Source of the DNA: an uncultured Verrucomicrobiae bacterium
Lineage (GTDB): Bacteria > Verrucomicrobiota > Verrucomicrobiia > Limisphaerales > Palsa-1400
Direction: 5' to 3'
Assembly: GCA_963707025.1 (NCBI GenBank)
Contig: CAVPOM010000008.1
Span: 64,001-128,000 of the forward strand
DNA length: 64,000 nt
Position numbers and translations under genes: made by a program. Below are positions 10,042-18,145 of the stretch, one piece after another (position 1 is the first letter of the stretch; every line of letters begins with the position of its first letter). The notes beneath the pieces were generated by a model, which worked only from the letters and a program-made list of their open reading frames with translations, was not told where the DNA came from and searched no databases.

Positions 10042-10125
10042 TGGTGGGCATGAAGGGACTTGCACCCCCAAGGCTGCCAGATTCTGAGTCTGGACCCTCT
10101 GCTGTTCGGGTTAAACCACATGCCC
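10042..10125 (-). tRNA. tRNA-Leu(CAG), atypical fold
   Basis: ccaga-ctCAGaa-tctgg; ACCA. Confidence 0.75.
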
Positions 10126-10132
10126 GTGAAAT

Positions 10133-10209
10133 TGGCAATCCCGGAAGGACTCTCACCCTCATCTCCGACGTTTCGAAGCGTCGCGCTCTGCTCATTGAGC
10201 TACGGGAGC
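10133..10209 (-). tRNA. tRNA-Arg(UCG), 8-nt loop as sequenced
   Basis: cgacg-ctTCGaaa-cgtcg; GCCA. Confidence 0.7.
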
Positions 10210-10281
10210 GTTGAAATTGGCGGTCGTGCTCCAGCGCCTGCGAATCGCTTTTTGCCCGAAAGCTTGAGACGATGCAGGCGT

Positions 10282-11110
10282 ATGAAGAAAACAGTTCTGA
10301 TCACGGGAGCGTCCTCCGGTATTGGCCAGGCGGCGGCCAAGGTATTTGCAGGCAACGACTGGAACGTCATTGCCACCATGCGCCAGCCGGCGGCGGATTC
10401 GGAATTGGCCCGCCTGCCTGGCGTATTGGTCACATGCCTGGATGTGCAGGATCGAGAGAGCATTGACGCGGCCGTTGCGGACGGTGTTGAGCGGTTCGGC
10501 CGGATCGACGCCTTGATTAACAACGCAGGATTCAGTCTGTTCGGCGTCTTCGAGGCGATTTCCCGCGAAAAGATTCAAGAACAATTCGACGTCAACGTCT
10601 TCGGTGTGATGGACGTTCACGCGGGCGCTGTTGCCGCATTTCCGGCGGAACAGGAGCGGCTTGATTATCAACATCAGTTCGCGCGCGGGGCTGGTCGGCC
10701 TGCCCATGATTTCGCTCTATTGCGCGGGCAAATATGCGCTGGAAGGGTTTTCCGAGGCGCTGGCTTACGAACTGGCGTCGCAGAACATCGTCATCAAGGT
10801 TGTCGAACCTAGCGGCGGCGTCACCGGCACCAGCTTCTCCCAGAGGATGGCCCAGGAAAAGACTGCCGGCACCCTGCCCGCCGATTACGACGATTTTATT
10901 GCCCGCACCAGCGCGATTTTCGCCACCATGCAGGCGGCCCGGAAAACCACCGCAGACGACGTGGCCCGCGTTATCTATGAGGCCGCGACGGACGGATCGA
11001 GCCGGTTTCGCTATTTCATCGGCGAGGACGTTGGAGACTTCGTCCAAGCGAAGCGCGAGAAATCCGACCAGGACTACATTCATTTCATGCGCGCGCGCTT
11101 TTCCTCTTGA
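10282..11110 (+). CDS. SDR family oxidoreductase (frameshift near 10620)
   Basis: TGASSGIG, NNAG, YCAGK motifs split across two frames. Confidence 0.85.
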
Positions 11111-11117
11111 CTGGAAA

Positions 11118-11192
11118 TGGTGGGTTGCCGCGGAATTGCACCGCGTTCTCGCCGGTTAAGAGCCGGGACTTCACTGTAAAAGTTTGCAACCC
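11118..11192 (-). tRNA. tRNA-Lys(CUU)
   Basis: cccgg-ctCTTaa-ccggc; ACCA. Confidence 0.8.
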
Positions 11193-11193
11193 A

Positions 11194-11267
11194 GACGCGA
11201 CACGAAGGCGGAGTTGAACCGCCGCAGCCAGGTCTGTGATGCCCTGGCCGGCGCCGGTGTTCGCGTC
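11194..11267 (-). ncRNA. tRNA-like structured RNA with canonical T arm, no CCA
   Basis: Terminal stem gacgcga/tcgcgtc, hairpin gccagg/cctggc, T arm ggcgg-ttcaact-ccgcc. Confidence 0.5.
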
Positions 11268-11278
11268 GCGAAAGTATC

Positions 11279-11372
11279 CCCAAGCACGCTGAATCTGGCG
11301 TTTGGCCAGATGGCCGTGCGCAAGCACCTTCGACCGTGCGGAGTCTCTGCCGGCAGGCCAGATTCACTTGGG
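11279..11372 (-). ncRNA. Putative structured small RNA
   Basis: Closing stem cccaag-tgaatctggc / gccagattca-cttggg. Confidence 0.4.
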
Positions 11373-11375
11373 AAA

Positions 11376-11466
11376 TGGTCGGGCATCAGGGTAACGCGCC
11401 CTGTATTCCGGTTTGGAAGGCGTTTGCACGCGGCCATCAGCGTGTTTCTCTCAACACCTATGCCCG
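11376..11466 (-). tRNA. tRNA-Gly(UCC)-like with ~16-nt insertion in the anticodon stem
   Basis: cgggcat/atgcccg ACCA, loop ctTCCaa, 91 nt long. Confidence 0.55.
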
Positions 11467-11522
11467 GAGAAATGGAATTAATCGTCGTTGTTGGTTTTCT
11501 CAAAAGACGCAACAATCCAGCC

Positions 11523-12269
11523 ATGACGATTCCGGCTGAATTGGTCCAACGTCTTGCCACTGCCAAAAGCGTGACCGTGCTCACAGGCGCTGGCGTATCC
11601 GCGGAAAGCGGCGTCCCCACCTTTCGCGATGCCCAAACCGGCCTGTGGGCCAAATACAGTCCCGAAGAACTGGCCACTCCGCGCGCCTTCCGACGCAATC
11701 CCCGCCTCGTTTGGGAGTGGTATGAGTGGCGGCGGAAGCTTGTCGCCGGCGCCAAACCAAACCCAGCGCACTTCGCCTTGGTGGAAATGGAGGGCCTCTT
11801 TCTGCGGTTCCATCTCATTACGCAAAACGTGGACGGTCTTCATCAACGCGCCGGAAGCCGGCACGTCATCGAGCTGCACGGCAATATCACGCGCACGAAA
11901 TGCTCCGACGAAAGCACGATTGTTTCGAGTTGGAAAGACACGGGTGACGTCCCGCCGAAATGTTCGGCCTGTGGCGGCCTGTTGCGCCCCGATGTGGTTT
12001 GGTTCGAAGAGCCGATGCCGGAAGAGGAGATGCAAGAGGCCATGACGGCGAGCACGCATTGCGACTTCTTCTTCTCCATTGGGACATCCACCGTTGTTTA
12101 TCCGGCGGCCGCCCTGCCATCGGAGGCATTGCGCAGCGGAGCGACCGTGGTGGAGATCAATCCGCAACCCACACCATTCACGCCGCAGGCGCATTTGGCT
12201 CTGGCTGGGGCGGCCGGGGTTGTGTTGCCCGAATTGGTGAGGGCTATCAGCGCCTCGCGCCGCTTTTGA
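11523..12269 (+). CDS. cobB: NAD-dependent protein deacylase (sirtuin)
   Basis: TGAGVSAESGVPTFRD, ITQNVDGLH, ELHG, RPDVVWF. Confidence 0.9.
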   Translation: MTIPAELVQRLATAKSVTVLTGAGVSAESGVPTFRDAQTGLWAKYSPEELATPRAFRRNPRLVWEWYEWRRKLVAGAKPNPAHFALVEMEGLFLRFHLITQNVDGLHQRAGSRHVIELHGNITRTKCSDESTIVSSWKDTGDVPPKCSACGGLLRPDVVWFEEPMPEEEMQEAMTASTHCDFFFSIGTSTVVYPAAALPSEALRSGATVVEINPQPTPFTPQAHLALAGAAGVVLPELVRAISASRRF

Positions 12270-12272
12270 AAA

Positions 12273-12347
12273 TGGAATCCCGCGTGGGGGGCGCACCCAC
12301 TTTTGCGGCTTTGCAGGCCGCCGCCTGAGCTGTTCGGCCAACGGGAC
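12273..12347 (-). tRNA. tRNA-Cys(GCA)
   Basis: gcggc-ctGCAaa-gccgc; U73 CCA. Confidence 0.85.
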
Positions 12348-12352
12348 GCATT

Positions 12353-13099
12353 TCAGATTTCGACGACCAATGAAGGATTAAACCCTTTGCAGCGCTCATC
12401 CGGGTAGCCCAGTTGATTTGTCAGGATACGGGTTGACCCCATCACGTAGTCCACGTTGTAATGCGTGTGTCCGTGGATCCAGAGAGGAACGCCACTCTGT
12501 TCGACCAACGAGTCCAAGTCGGAAGCAAACGCCGCTTTAAGTGGACTGTCCGCGTGATAGAGCGCTTCTGACCGGGCACTCGGTGCATGATGCGTCACAA
12601 CGATGGTGCGGGCGCGATCACATTTGGCCAGCGCGCGGCGCAGCCAGGCGACAGATTCCGCGTGCAATCTGGCGGTGTCACATGCGCGCAGCCTGCGATT
12701 TTCTGTGCTGAACTGAACGATGCCGTAGTCGCTCATGATGGCCTCAGCTACGCGCATCGATCCATCCAGATCGTCACCCAACTGAAAATCTGTCCATAAG
12801 GTGCATCCCAAGAACGTGTAGCCGTTGATTTCCACGGCGTCGTTCTCCAGCAGATGGATGTTGCTGCCATCTGTTTCTCGTTTCAGGGTTTCGGTCAGCT
12901 CGGGCAAGGAGTGGCGATAGAACTCGTGGTTTCCTAAAACGTAAATGACCGGCTTGGCGAAGAATTGATTTCTCGCCCAGATACGCCCTTCGCGGCCAAG
13001 ATGAACGTCACCCGCCAACACCACGACATCCGCGTCGGTCACGGGGATTTTGACTGCTCCGAATTCAAAGTGCAGATCGGCCAAAATGTGTAAACGCAT
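12353..13099 (-). CDS. Metallophosphoesterase
   Basis: DLH, GD, GNHE, HH, HGHTH motifs. Confidence 0.9.
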   Translation of the reverse strand: MRLHILADLHFEFGAVKIPVTDADVVVLAGDVHLGREGRIWARNQFFAKPVIYVLGNHEFYRHSLPELTETLKRETDGSNIHLLENDAVEINGYTFLGCTLWTDFQLGDDLDGSMRVAEAIMSDYGIVQFSTENRRLRACDTARLHAESVAWLRRALAKCDRARTIVVTHHAPSARSEALYHADSPLKAAFASDLDSLVEQSGVPLWIHGHTHYNVDYVMGSTRILTNQLGYPDERCKGFNPSLVVEI

Positions 13100-13198
13100 A
13101 GGTAACTTTATGTTAGGTGAAAATTGGTTAGGAGTTCAAAGTGCGGGCGGAAGCTTCCGCCTCCGCCCGCGTTGTTCCTGGCGTCCTTGAACCGTTCG

Positions 13199-14906
13199 CT
13201 ATTCGCGAACAAAGTCCGCAATGACGGCTGGCACCGTCGTGTCGAAGCCGACCACGTCCAGCATGCCCGCGGTCGTTTGGGTCGGCGAGGGTGAAGCCGT
13301 TGGAGGTCATGCCCACAACGACCGCCTTCGCGTCGCCGACGAACTCGTCGCGATACTGGCGCAGGGCCTGGGCCGGATGGATGTTGCCCGCCCACGTCTC
13401 GCTGTCCGTATAGGTGATAAACGCCGACACGTTCAGCTTGTTGCGGGCGGCCCACACCATCGGCAGGGCGCAATCCGTGCCACCCATTGGGATGGCTTCG
13501 ATGCGCTTGATGACGTCGGCCAATCTCATGCGCGGCGAGAGGTTCACACGGGTGATGCCCGGTTCGCCGCCGCCGTGCATGCCACCGTAACCACCGCCCG
13601 CCGGAGCCGAGAACGCGATGATCTCGCATTCCGGTTCGGTTGCGGCCGTGATCAGTGCCATCGCCGCGCTGGCTTCGCGGGCCGAGATGCACGAACCCGC
13701 GATCATGGAACCATCCATCGAGCCGCTTACGTCAAGCGCGAGCAGCACCGGCTTGTTGCACGGTTCCACGTTCTGGAACGTCGCGTAAAACGCTTCGTCC
13801 AGCGCGTCCACCACCGCCGACACCGGCGACCACGCAAGCGAACCCTTGTCGCCGTGACCCTGGGCGTAGACCTTCTGCGCCACAAGGACCGCCAGCGGGT
13901 GGATGCGCGCACGCTTGAGCGCCATCTCGTCCTGCAGCTTGCGGACGATCAATCGCTTGGAGTCGCTGAACGGAGCCAGCAGACCGAGGCTCGTCATCTT
14001 GCCGAGGTTGCGGATCATCGCCGTCATCGGCATACGTTCCAGCAAGGCCTCCCACACAACGACTTCATTGAGCCACTGCGTTGGGATGGCTTCGCGCGGC
14101 AGGTCGAACTCGTTGATGATCTTCACGATCTCGTCCGCGCTCAATGCGCGCTTGGCCCGCTCGAAGGCTTCGATGAGCTTCGGCAGTGCGCCGACCGGGC
14201 CATACTTCGCGACACGGTCTTCACCGCGCACTCTGCGCTTCACTTCGCGTTCACCCAACGAATCCGCATGGGAAGCGGAACCTCCGCACAGCAACCAGCG
14301 GAACACCGATTCGTGCTGGGCCGACGGAGCCTTTGGGTGAGCAAGGCGAAGAAGGTCGCCGTGCGACCAACCGTCGCGTTGCTGGTACTTGACCGCCTGG
14401 TGCGCAAGATCATCGGCATCGCGGTAAACATACCAGTCGCCAACGGCGTTGCGCAGGCCACGGCCCCAGCCGCGCATGGCATTGACGTATTCGGCGAAGT
14501 GGAACAAGTGCGTGCCAATGCGGCAGACCTTGTTCAGGCTCGCAAACGCGAGCGCCTTCGCCTGGGCATCACCATGCGTGACGGCCAGCGCGAGGGCGAA
14601 GATGGCCGGATCGTTCTTGGGCGCGCGTCCGGCATCGCTGATCTCAACGATGCGGTTGACGGCACGGACTCCGTCGGCCCTGATGCAGCGGAGAATCGCC
14701 TCGTGGTTCTGCTTCACGAGATCGCGTTCCGCGATGTAATACGTGCCTCCTTCGGCGCCGAGGACGAGGAAACGGTCGAGCCGCGTCCAGTCATCCACTT
14801 CCCACGAGAAGCCGCCGCCCGAATTGCGAACCTGGTTCGCGCCCGGGATCGGCTGCGACTGCGGGGTGATGCGGCGATTAAACTGACGTGCGTAATTGAT
14901 AGCCAT
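13199..14906 (-). CDS. rsr: TROVE-domain Ro60 orthologue (frameshift near C-terminus)
   Basis: RLDRFLVLGAEGGTYY, KYQQRDGWSHGDLLRLAHP, vWA DVSGSM; tail MLDVVGFD lies in another frame. Confidence 0.95.
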
Positions 14907-14965
14907 GGTGGCCTCCTTCTTGTGAGCGTGCCGCCAACTTCCGGCACGGGTTTTCTATCGGTTAA

Positions 14966-15033
14966 ACTGCGGACAAGTTGGTGAACGTGGGATGGTCATT
15001 CGTAGTGATAACCCATGTTCTTCGGCCCGCAGT
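14966..15033 (-). ncRNA. Minimal Y RNA (Ro-binding stem only)
   Basis: gcgggccga...cttgtccgc stem and gggttatc motif shared with the other five copies. Confidence 0.7.
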
Positions 15034-15047
15034 CAATGGGCTTGCGA

Positions 15048-15295
15048 TTATTCGCGGAAAAAAGTGATTCCTCAGAGCGCCGTCATATCGTCCGGAGCGG
15101 AGGCAGCATTTCTTAAAAGCTGCGTCCGGAGCCGCATGGGCAGAGGTCGTTCCGCCCCAGCTTTTCGCTGAGTTCCTTATTCCCGTGAACGAGGCGCACG
15201 CCGCGTTTGACGTTCGTTTCGGACGGGAAGCCCTTGCGGCGTTTGCTGGTGATTTCGAAACTGGCGTCTTCATGATCATGTGTGTTGTTTGCCAT
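15048..15295 (-). CDS. SEC-C motif protein (two homopolymer frameshifts)
   Basis: [15 protein letters not shown] continuing KKCC in a shifted frame. Confidence 0.8.
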
Positions 15296-15357
15296 ACGGC
15301 CTCCTCGTTTGAGTATTGCGGTTGAAACATCGTGGCCCGCGCCACGATGAGATAGCG

Positions 15358-15465
15358 GATGGGCAAGGGACGACCCGGGAATTGCTCTATCCACTGAGCT
15401 ACTCCTCGTTGCCGAGGAGACTGGATTCGAACCAATGACCGATAACCCGATGTCTTCGGCCCATC
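15358..15465 (-). ncRNA. Y RNA (YrlA-like)
   Basis: gggccga/ttgccc Ro stem; permuted tRNA domain with T arm ttcgaat, closed acceptor stem and D arm. Confidence 0.85.
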
Positions 15466-15473
15466 AAATTGAA

Positions 15474-15598
15474 AGCGGGCAAGAAAGCGACCGTGGAATT
15501 GCCCAGCGTGCTGCCTTTACACCACTGCGGAACGCTCCGCGGGACGGAATTGAACCGCCGCTGCCGGGTTATCGAGAACCCACAATTTACGGCCCGCT
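15474..15598 (-). ncRNA. Y RNA (YrlA-like)
   Basis: Ro stem; T arm ggcgg-ttcaatt-ccgtc, closed acceptor, D arm. Confidence 0.8.
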
Positions 15599-15607
15599 GA
15601 AAGGGAC

Positions 15608-15736
15608 CGACGGATAAGAAACGAACTGGGAATTTACGTGCTCTACCCCTGAGCTACCCCGGCATTGGAGCCGGAGGCGGGACTCGAACCCGCAACCTCG
15701 TCGTTATCAGCGATAACCCAATCCTGCGACCCGTCG
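15608..15736 (-). ncRNA. Y RNA (YrlA-like)
   Basis: Ro stem; T arm gcggg-ttcgagt-cccgc, D arm tagctcaggggtagagc. Confidence 0.85.
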
Positions 15737-15745
15737 AAAAAGCCG

Positions 15746-15859
15746 CGACGGACAAAGAGCGATATGGGAAACAATCGGTCGCCCGATTGCGCGGGGTTCG
15801 AACCCGCTCATCCCGCAGTGCGGAACTTTTCCAGATAACCCATGATCAACGACCCGTCG
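15746..15859 (-). ncRNA. Y RNA variant
   Basis: Ro stem, gggttatc motif, T arm gcggg-ttcgaac-cccgc. Confidence 0.7.
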
Positions 15860-15866
15860 GAAAAAC

Positions 15867-16004
15867 TCGATGGACAAGTGCTGCCGCAGATAGGGATTCG
15901 CAAGCGGGAATCGAACCCGCGTCACCAAACTCACGTTCGGCGGCTCTCTCACGGTGAGCAACCACCCCTGTTGGAGCGATAACCTGCAACATTCGGCCCA
16001 TCGA
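15867..16004 (-). ncRNA. Y RNA variant
   Basis: gatgggccga/cttgtccatc stem, ggttatc motif, T arm gcggg-ttcgatt-cccgc. Confidence 0.7.
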
Positions 16005-16007
16005 AAT

Positions 16008-16083
16008 TGGTCAGGAAGCCGGGATTTGCACCCGGACCGTCGCGTTCACAACGCGGAATGCTGCTGTTACACCACAATCCTGA
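16008..16083 (-). tRNA. tRNA-His(GUG), A73 with U at -1
   Basis: ccgcg-ttGTGaa-cgcga; ACCA. Confidence 0.75.
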
Positions 16084-16090
16084 TTTGAAA

Positions 16091-16166
16091 TGGAGCCCCT
16101 GGTCGGACTCGCACCGACGAATACGAGTTTACGAAACTCGCCCTGTGGCTGCTGAGGCACAGGGGC
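16091..16166 (-). tRNA. tRNA-Thr(CGU)
   Basis: cgagt-ttCGTaa-actcg; CCA. Confidence 0.85.
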
Positions 16167-16170
16167 ACAA

Positions 16171-16248
16171 TGGTGTCCACGGCAGGAATCGCGCCTGCGA
16201 CCTCCACCTTCGCGCGGTGGCGCTCTGATCTAACTGAGCTACGCGGAC
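16171..16248 (-). tRNA. tRNA-Arg(GCG) (identity tentative)
   Basis: ccacc-gcGCGaa-ggtgg; ACCA. Confidence 0.65.
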
Positions 16249-16251
16249 AAT

Positions 16252-16329
16252 TGGCATCCGTGATCGGACTTTCACCGATTAGGCCCGGCTTGAAAGACCG
16301 GCTGCTCGATCTGCTTTGCATTCACGGAC
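16252..16329 (-). tRNA. tRNA-Glu(UUC)
   Basis: ccggt-ctTTCaa-gccgg; GCCA. Confidence 0.85.
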
Positions 16330-16333
16330 AGGA

Positions 16334-16409
16334 TGGCCGCTGGAGTCGGAATTGCGCCGACACTTCCTGTGCTTCAAGCAGGTGTGCAGACTGACTACAC
16401 CATCCAGCG
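16334..16409 (-). tRNA. tRNA-Phe(GAA)
   Basis: cctgc-ttGAAgc-acagg; CCA. Confidence 0.7.
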
Positions 16410-16417
16410 GGCAAAGC

Positions 16418-16636
16418 GGTGCGCGGCAGCTTGGGTCAGCTACCTTGAAGGGCTGTCTAAGAAGCTTGAGCCTTGCGGGCTGCGGCTTGCATTTTGAACG
16501 AGCTGACCGATGTGGTTTGACAACTCGGCATCAACATCAGCAGGTAATTGGATTTTCGGTCCAATAAGGAACGTTTAGAGCGCTCCAGATTTTGACAGCG
16601 TGCTCCATCGGCGGCATTCCGCCACCACCGCGCACC
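16418..16636 (-). ncRNA. Putative ~220-nt structured RNA downstream of the DIP1984-family gene
   Basis: Closing stem ggtgcgcgg/ccgcgcacc, inner ggtcagct/agctgacc stem, repeated CAA motifs. Confidence 0.55.
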
Positions 16637-16658
16637 TGAATCAGAACCGCTGGCGGAA

Positions 16659-17105
16659 TCAAGGATTCACGCTGCGGGTGAAGTTGAACTCGTCCAGCGC
16701 ATCTTGCAGCGACTGAATTTCGGCGTTCAACTCGGTGACAAGTTTGTCCACGTCCACCTTGCCGAGCTGGGCGACATATTCGACCTCGTAGCTTGCATCG
16801 GCAAAACCGCGTCCTTCGTGGAAAACGCCGGCCTTGGTGTCCAGCGCGTTCAACGTGGTGGCCAGACCCTTGAGTTCCGCCAGCCGGAAAATCCGGTCGT
16901 AGATTTCCACGTTGGCGGCCGCGACGGCGGCCTTGACCTTGACCAATTCGTCGAGCTTAACGCGCAGGCGCGTCAAGACTTCGCGATTGTCGTAGTCGAA
17001 CTTCTGTTTAGTGGAACGGGAGTTTTGTTTGGTGAGCAGATCCTTCAACTGGGCGACTTCGCCGGCCAGTTGGTTTTTCATTTTAAGTGCTTTGGCGATT
17101 TTCAT
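16659..17105 (-). CDS. DIP1984-family coiled-coil protein
   Basis: MKIAKALKMKNQL...LQDALDEFN pattern typical of the family. Confidence 0.7.
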   Translation of the reverse strand: MKIAKALKMKNQLAGEVAQLKDLLTKQNSRSTKQKFDYDNREVLTRLRVKLDELVKVKAAVAAANVEIYDRIFRLAELKGLATTLNALDTKAGVFHEGRGFADASYEVEYVAQLGKVDVDKLVTELNAEIQSLQDALDEFNFTRSVNP

Positions 17106-17146
17106 TGGATACCTTTCATTGGTTGCGTGTGTTTGATCGAATGAGT

Positions 17147-17220
17147 TGGTCGTCCCGGCAGGTAACGCTCCTGCTTCTTCCGGTTATCGACCGGAGGCTC
17201 TGCTTTTGAGCTACGAGACG
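17147..17220 (-). tRNA. tRNA-Ile(GAU)
   Basis: tccgg-tcGATaa-ccgga; ACCA. Confidence 0.8.
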
Positions 17221-17230
17221 GTGGTTAATT

Positions 17231-17323
17231 GAGGCTTCACGCCAAAACGATGCGCGGGGCGGAACACAAGATTGAGCTTCGTGGTCGGGCGGATTCGAAT
17301 GCCACGTTTTGGCTTGTAGCTTC
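17231..17323 (-). ncRNA. Putative structured small RNA
   Basis: gaagct..gccaaaacg / cgttttggc..agcctc stem enclosing ttcgaatcc. Confidence 0.4.
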
Positions 17324-17394
17324 GACGAAAAGGGCATTGACTTTGATGCCGCATTATGGGTTTCACGGGATTTCCTTTCGTTGAGGGTTAAAAC

Positions 17395-17481
17395 TGGCGG
17401 ATGGTGTAGGGATCGCACCCACGCAGCCCGCAGGCTCACTCGGTTTTCAGGACCGGGGCATTACTTCTCTGCCAACCATCC
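17395..17481 (-). tRNA. tRNA-Ser(UGA)
   Basis: Loop ccTGAaa, long variable arm, GCCA. Confidence 0.8.
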
Positions 17482-17489
17482 GTACAAAT

Positions 17490-17563
17490 TGGCTGCCAGA
17501 CTTGGACTCGCACCAAGACAAGCGGCTTAACAGGCCACCGTGCTACTTTGACACCACCTGGCA
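17490..17563 (-). tRNA. tRNA-Asn(GUU)
   Basis: gtggc-ctGTTaa-gccgc; GCCA. Confidence 0.85.
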
Positions 17564-17564
17564 A

Positions 17565-17640
17565 TGGCGCTGCCGGCAGGATTCTCACCTGCATCTATCC
17601 GCTTAGAAGACGGATGCCTGATTTGTTCGGCCACGGCAGC
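17565..17640 (-). tRNA. tRNA-Arg(UCU)
   Basis: tccgt-ctTCTaa-gcgga; GCCA. Confidence 0.85.
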
Positions 17641-17647
17641 GTTGAAA

Positions 17648-17723
17648 TGGTCGGAATGGCAGGATTTTCACCTGCGGCCTCCCGGTCCCAAGCCGGGTGC
17701 TCTAAAGACTGAGCTACATTCCG
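17648..17723 (-). tRNA. tRNA-Pro(UGG)
   Basis: cccgg-ctTGGga-ccggg; C1-G72, A73. Confidence 0.85.
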
Positions 17724-17730
17724 TGAAAAA

Positions 17731-17806
17731 TGGCGGACCCGAAGGGAGTTGCACCCTCAACCCTCCCGCAGACAACGGGGCGCTCTGCTGATTGAGCTAC
17801 GGATCC
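17731..17806 (-). tRNA. tRNA-Asp(GUC)
   Basis: ccccg-ttGTCtg-cggga; GCCA. Confidence 0.8.
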
Positions 17807-17810
17807 GAAA

Positions 17811-17898
17811 TGGTGGGAAGTGCTGGTAATGCTCCAGTCGTCGCTTCCGACATGTTTTGAGACGTCCGGGTTACGGCCGGATTGCCGGATCACTTCCC
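17811..17898 (-). tRNA. tRNA-Tyr(GUA) lacking a canonical D arm
   Basis: 8-bp acceptor gggaagtg/cacttccc ACCA, tccgg-ccGTAac-ccgga, large variable region, 4-bp T stem. Confidence 0.65.
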
Positions 17899-17904
17899 TG
17901 AGAT

Positions 17905-17977
17905 TGGTAGCGGGGGTGGGAGTTGCGCCCACGGAGGCTGAGCTTATGGGGCTCGCCTGAATCTCATTCTCCCCGCA
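17905..17977 (-). tRNA. tRNA-Met(CAU), initiator-like acceptor, short D arm
   Basis: gagc-ccCATaa-gctc; 1:72 mismatch, gcgggg acceptor. Confidence 0.7.
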
Positions 17978-17983
17978 GTGAAA

Positions 17984-18058
17984 TGGTGGAGTCGGTGGGT
18001 AGCGCGCCCACATCAACCTGCTTGCAGGGCAGGTGCATTGCTTGTCTGCCACGACCCC
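17984..18058 (-). tRNA. tRNA-Ala(UGC)
   Basis: cctgc-ccTGCaa-gcagg; G3:U70. Confidence 0.85.
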
Positions 18059-18064
18059 GGAAAA

Positions 18065-18136
18065 TGGCAGGCTGCCTCCGTGCTGCCCGGAGTAAGCTGA
18101 GTTTTGGAGACTCGGCCGCGTGCTGACGCTCAGCCT
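18065..18136 (-). tRNA. tRNA-Trp(CCA), short D arm
   Basis: gagt-ctCCAaa-actc; G73 CCA. Confidence 0.75.
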
Positions 18137-18145
18137 GTGCATGAA

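Noticed and set aside
10133..10209. 8-nt anticodon loop as a quadruplet or frameshift-suppressor tRNA
   Set aside because: The extra base lies in a short A run and the assembly is indel-prone; needs raw reads
11194..11267. tRNA-Sec or UGA suppressor (tca in the loop)
   Set aside because: Loop is 10 nt, and there is no long variable arm, D arm or CCA
11184..11522. N-terminal extension of the sirtuin ORF
   Set aside because: Antisense to tRNA and ncRNA elements; homology begins at MTIPAEL
13221..14984. 587-aa plus-strand ORF and similar long antisense ORFs
   Set aside because: Shadow ORFs of high-GC genes on the opposite strand
15358..16004. Calling these elements ordinary or pseudo tRNAs
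   Set aside because: T arm precedes D arm or the D arm is missing, no CCA, and all are enclosed by Ro-type stems, so Y RNAs fit better
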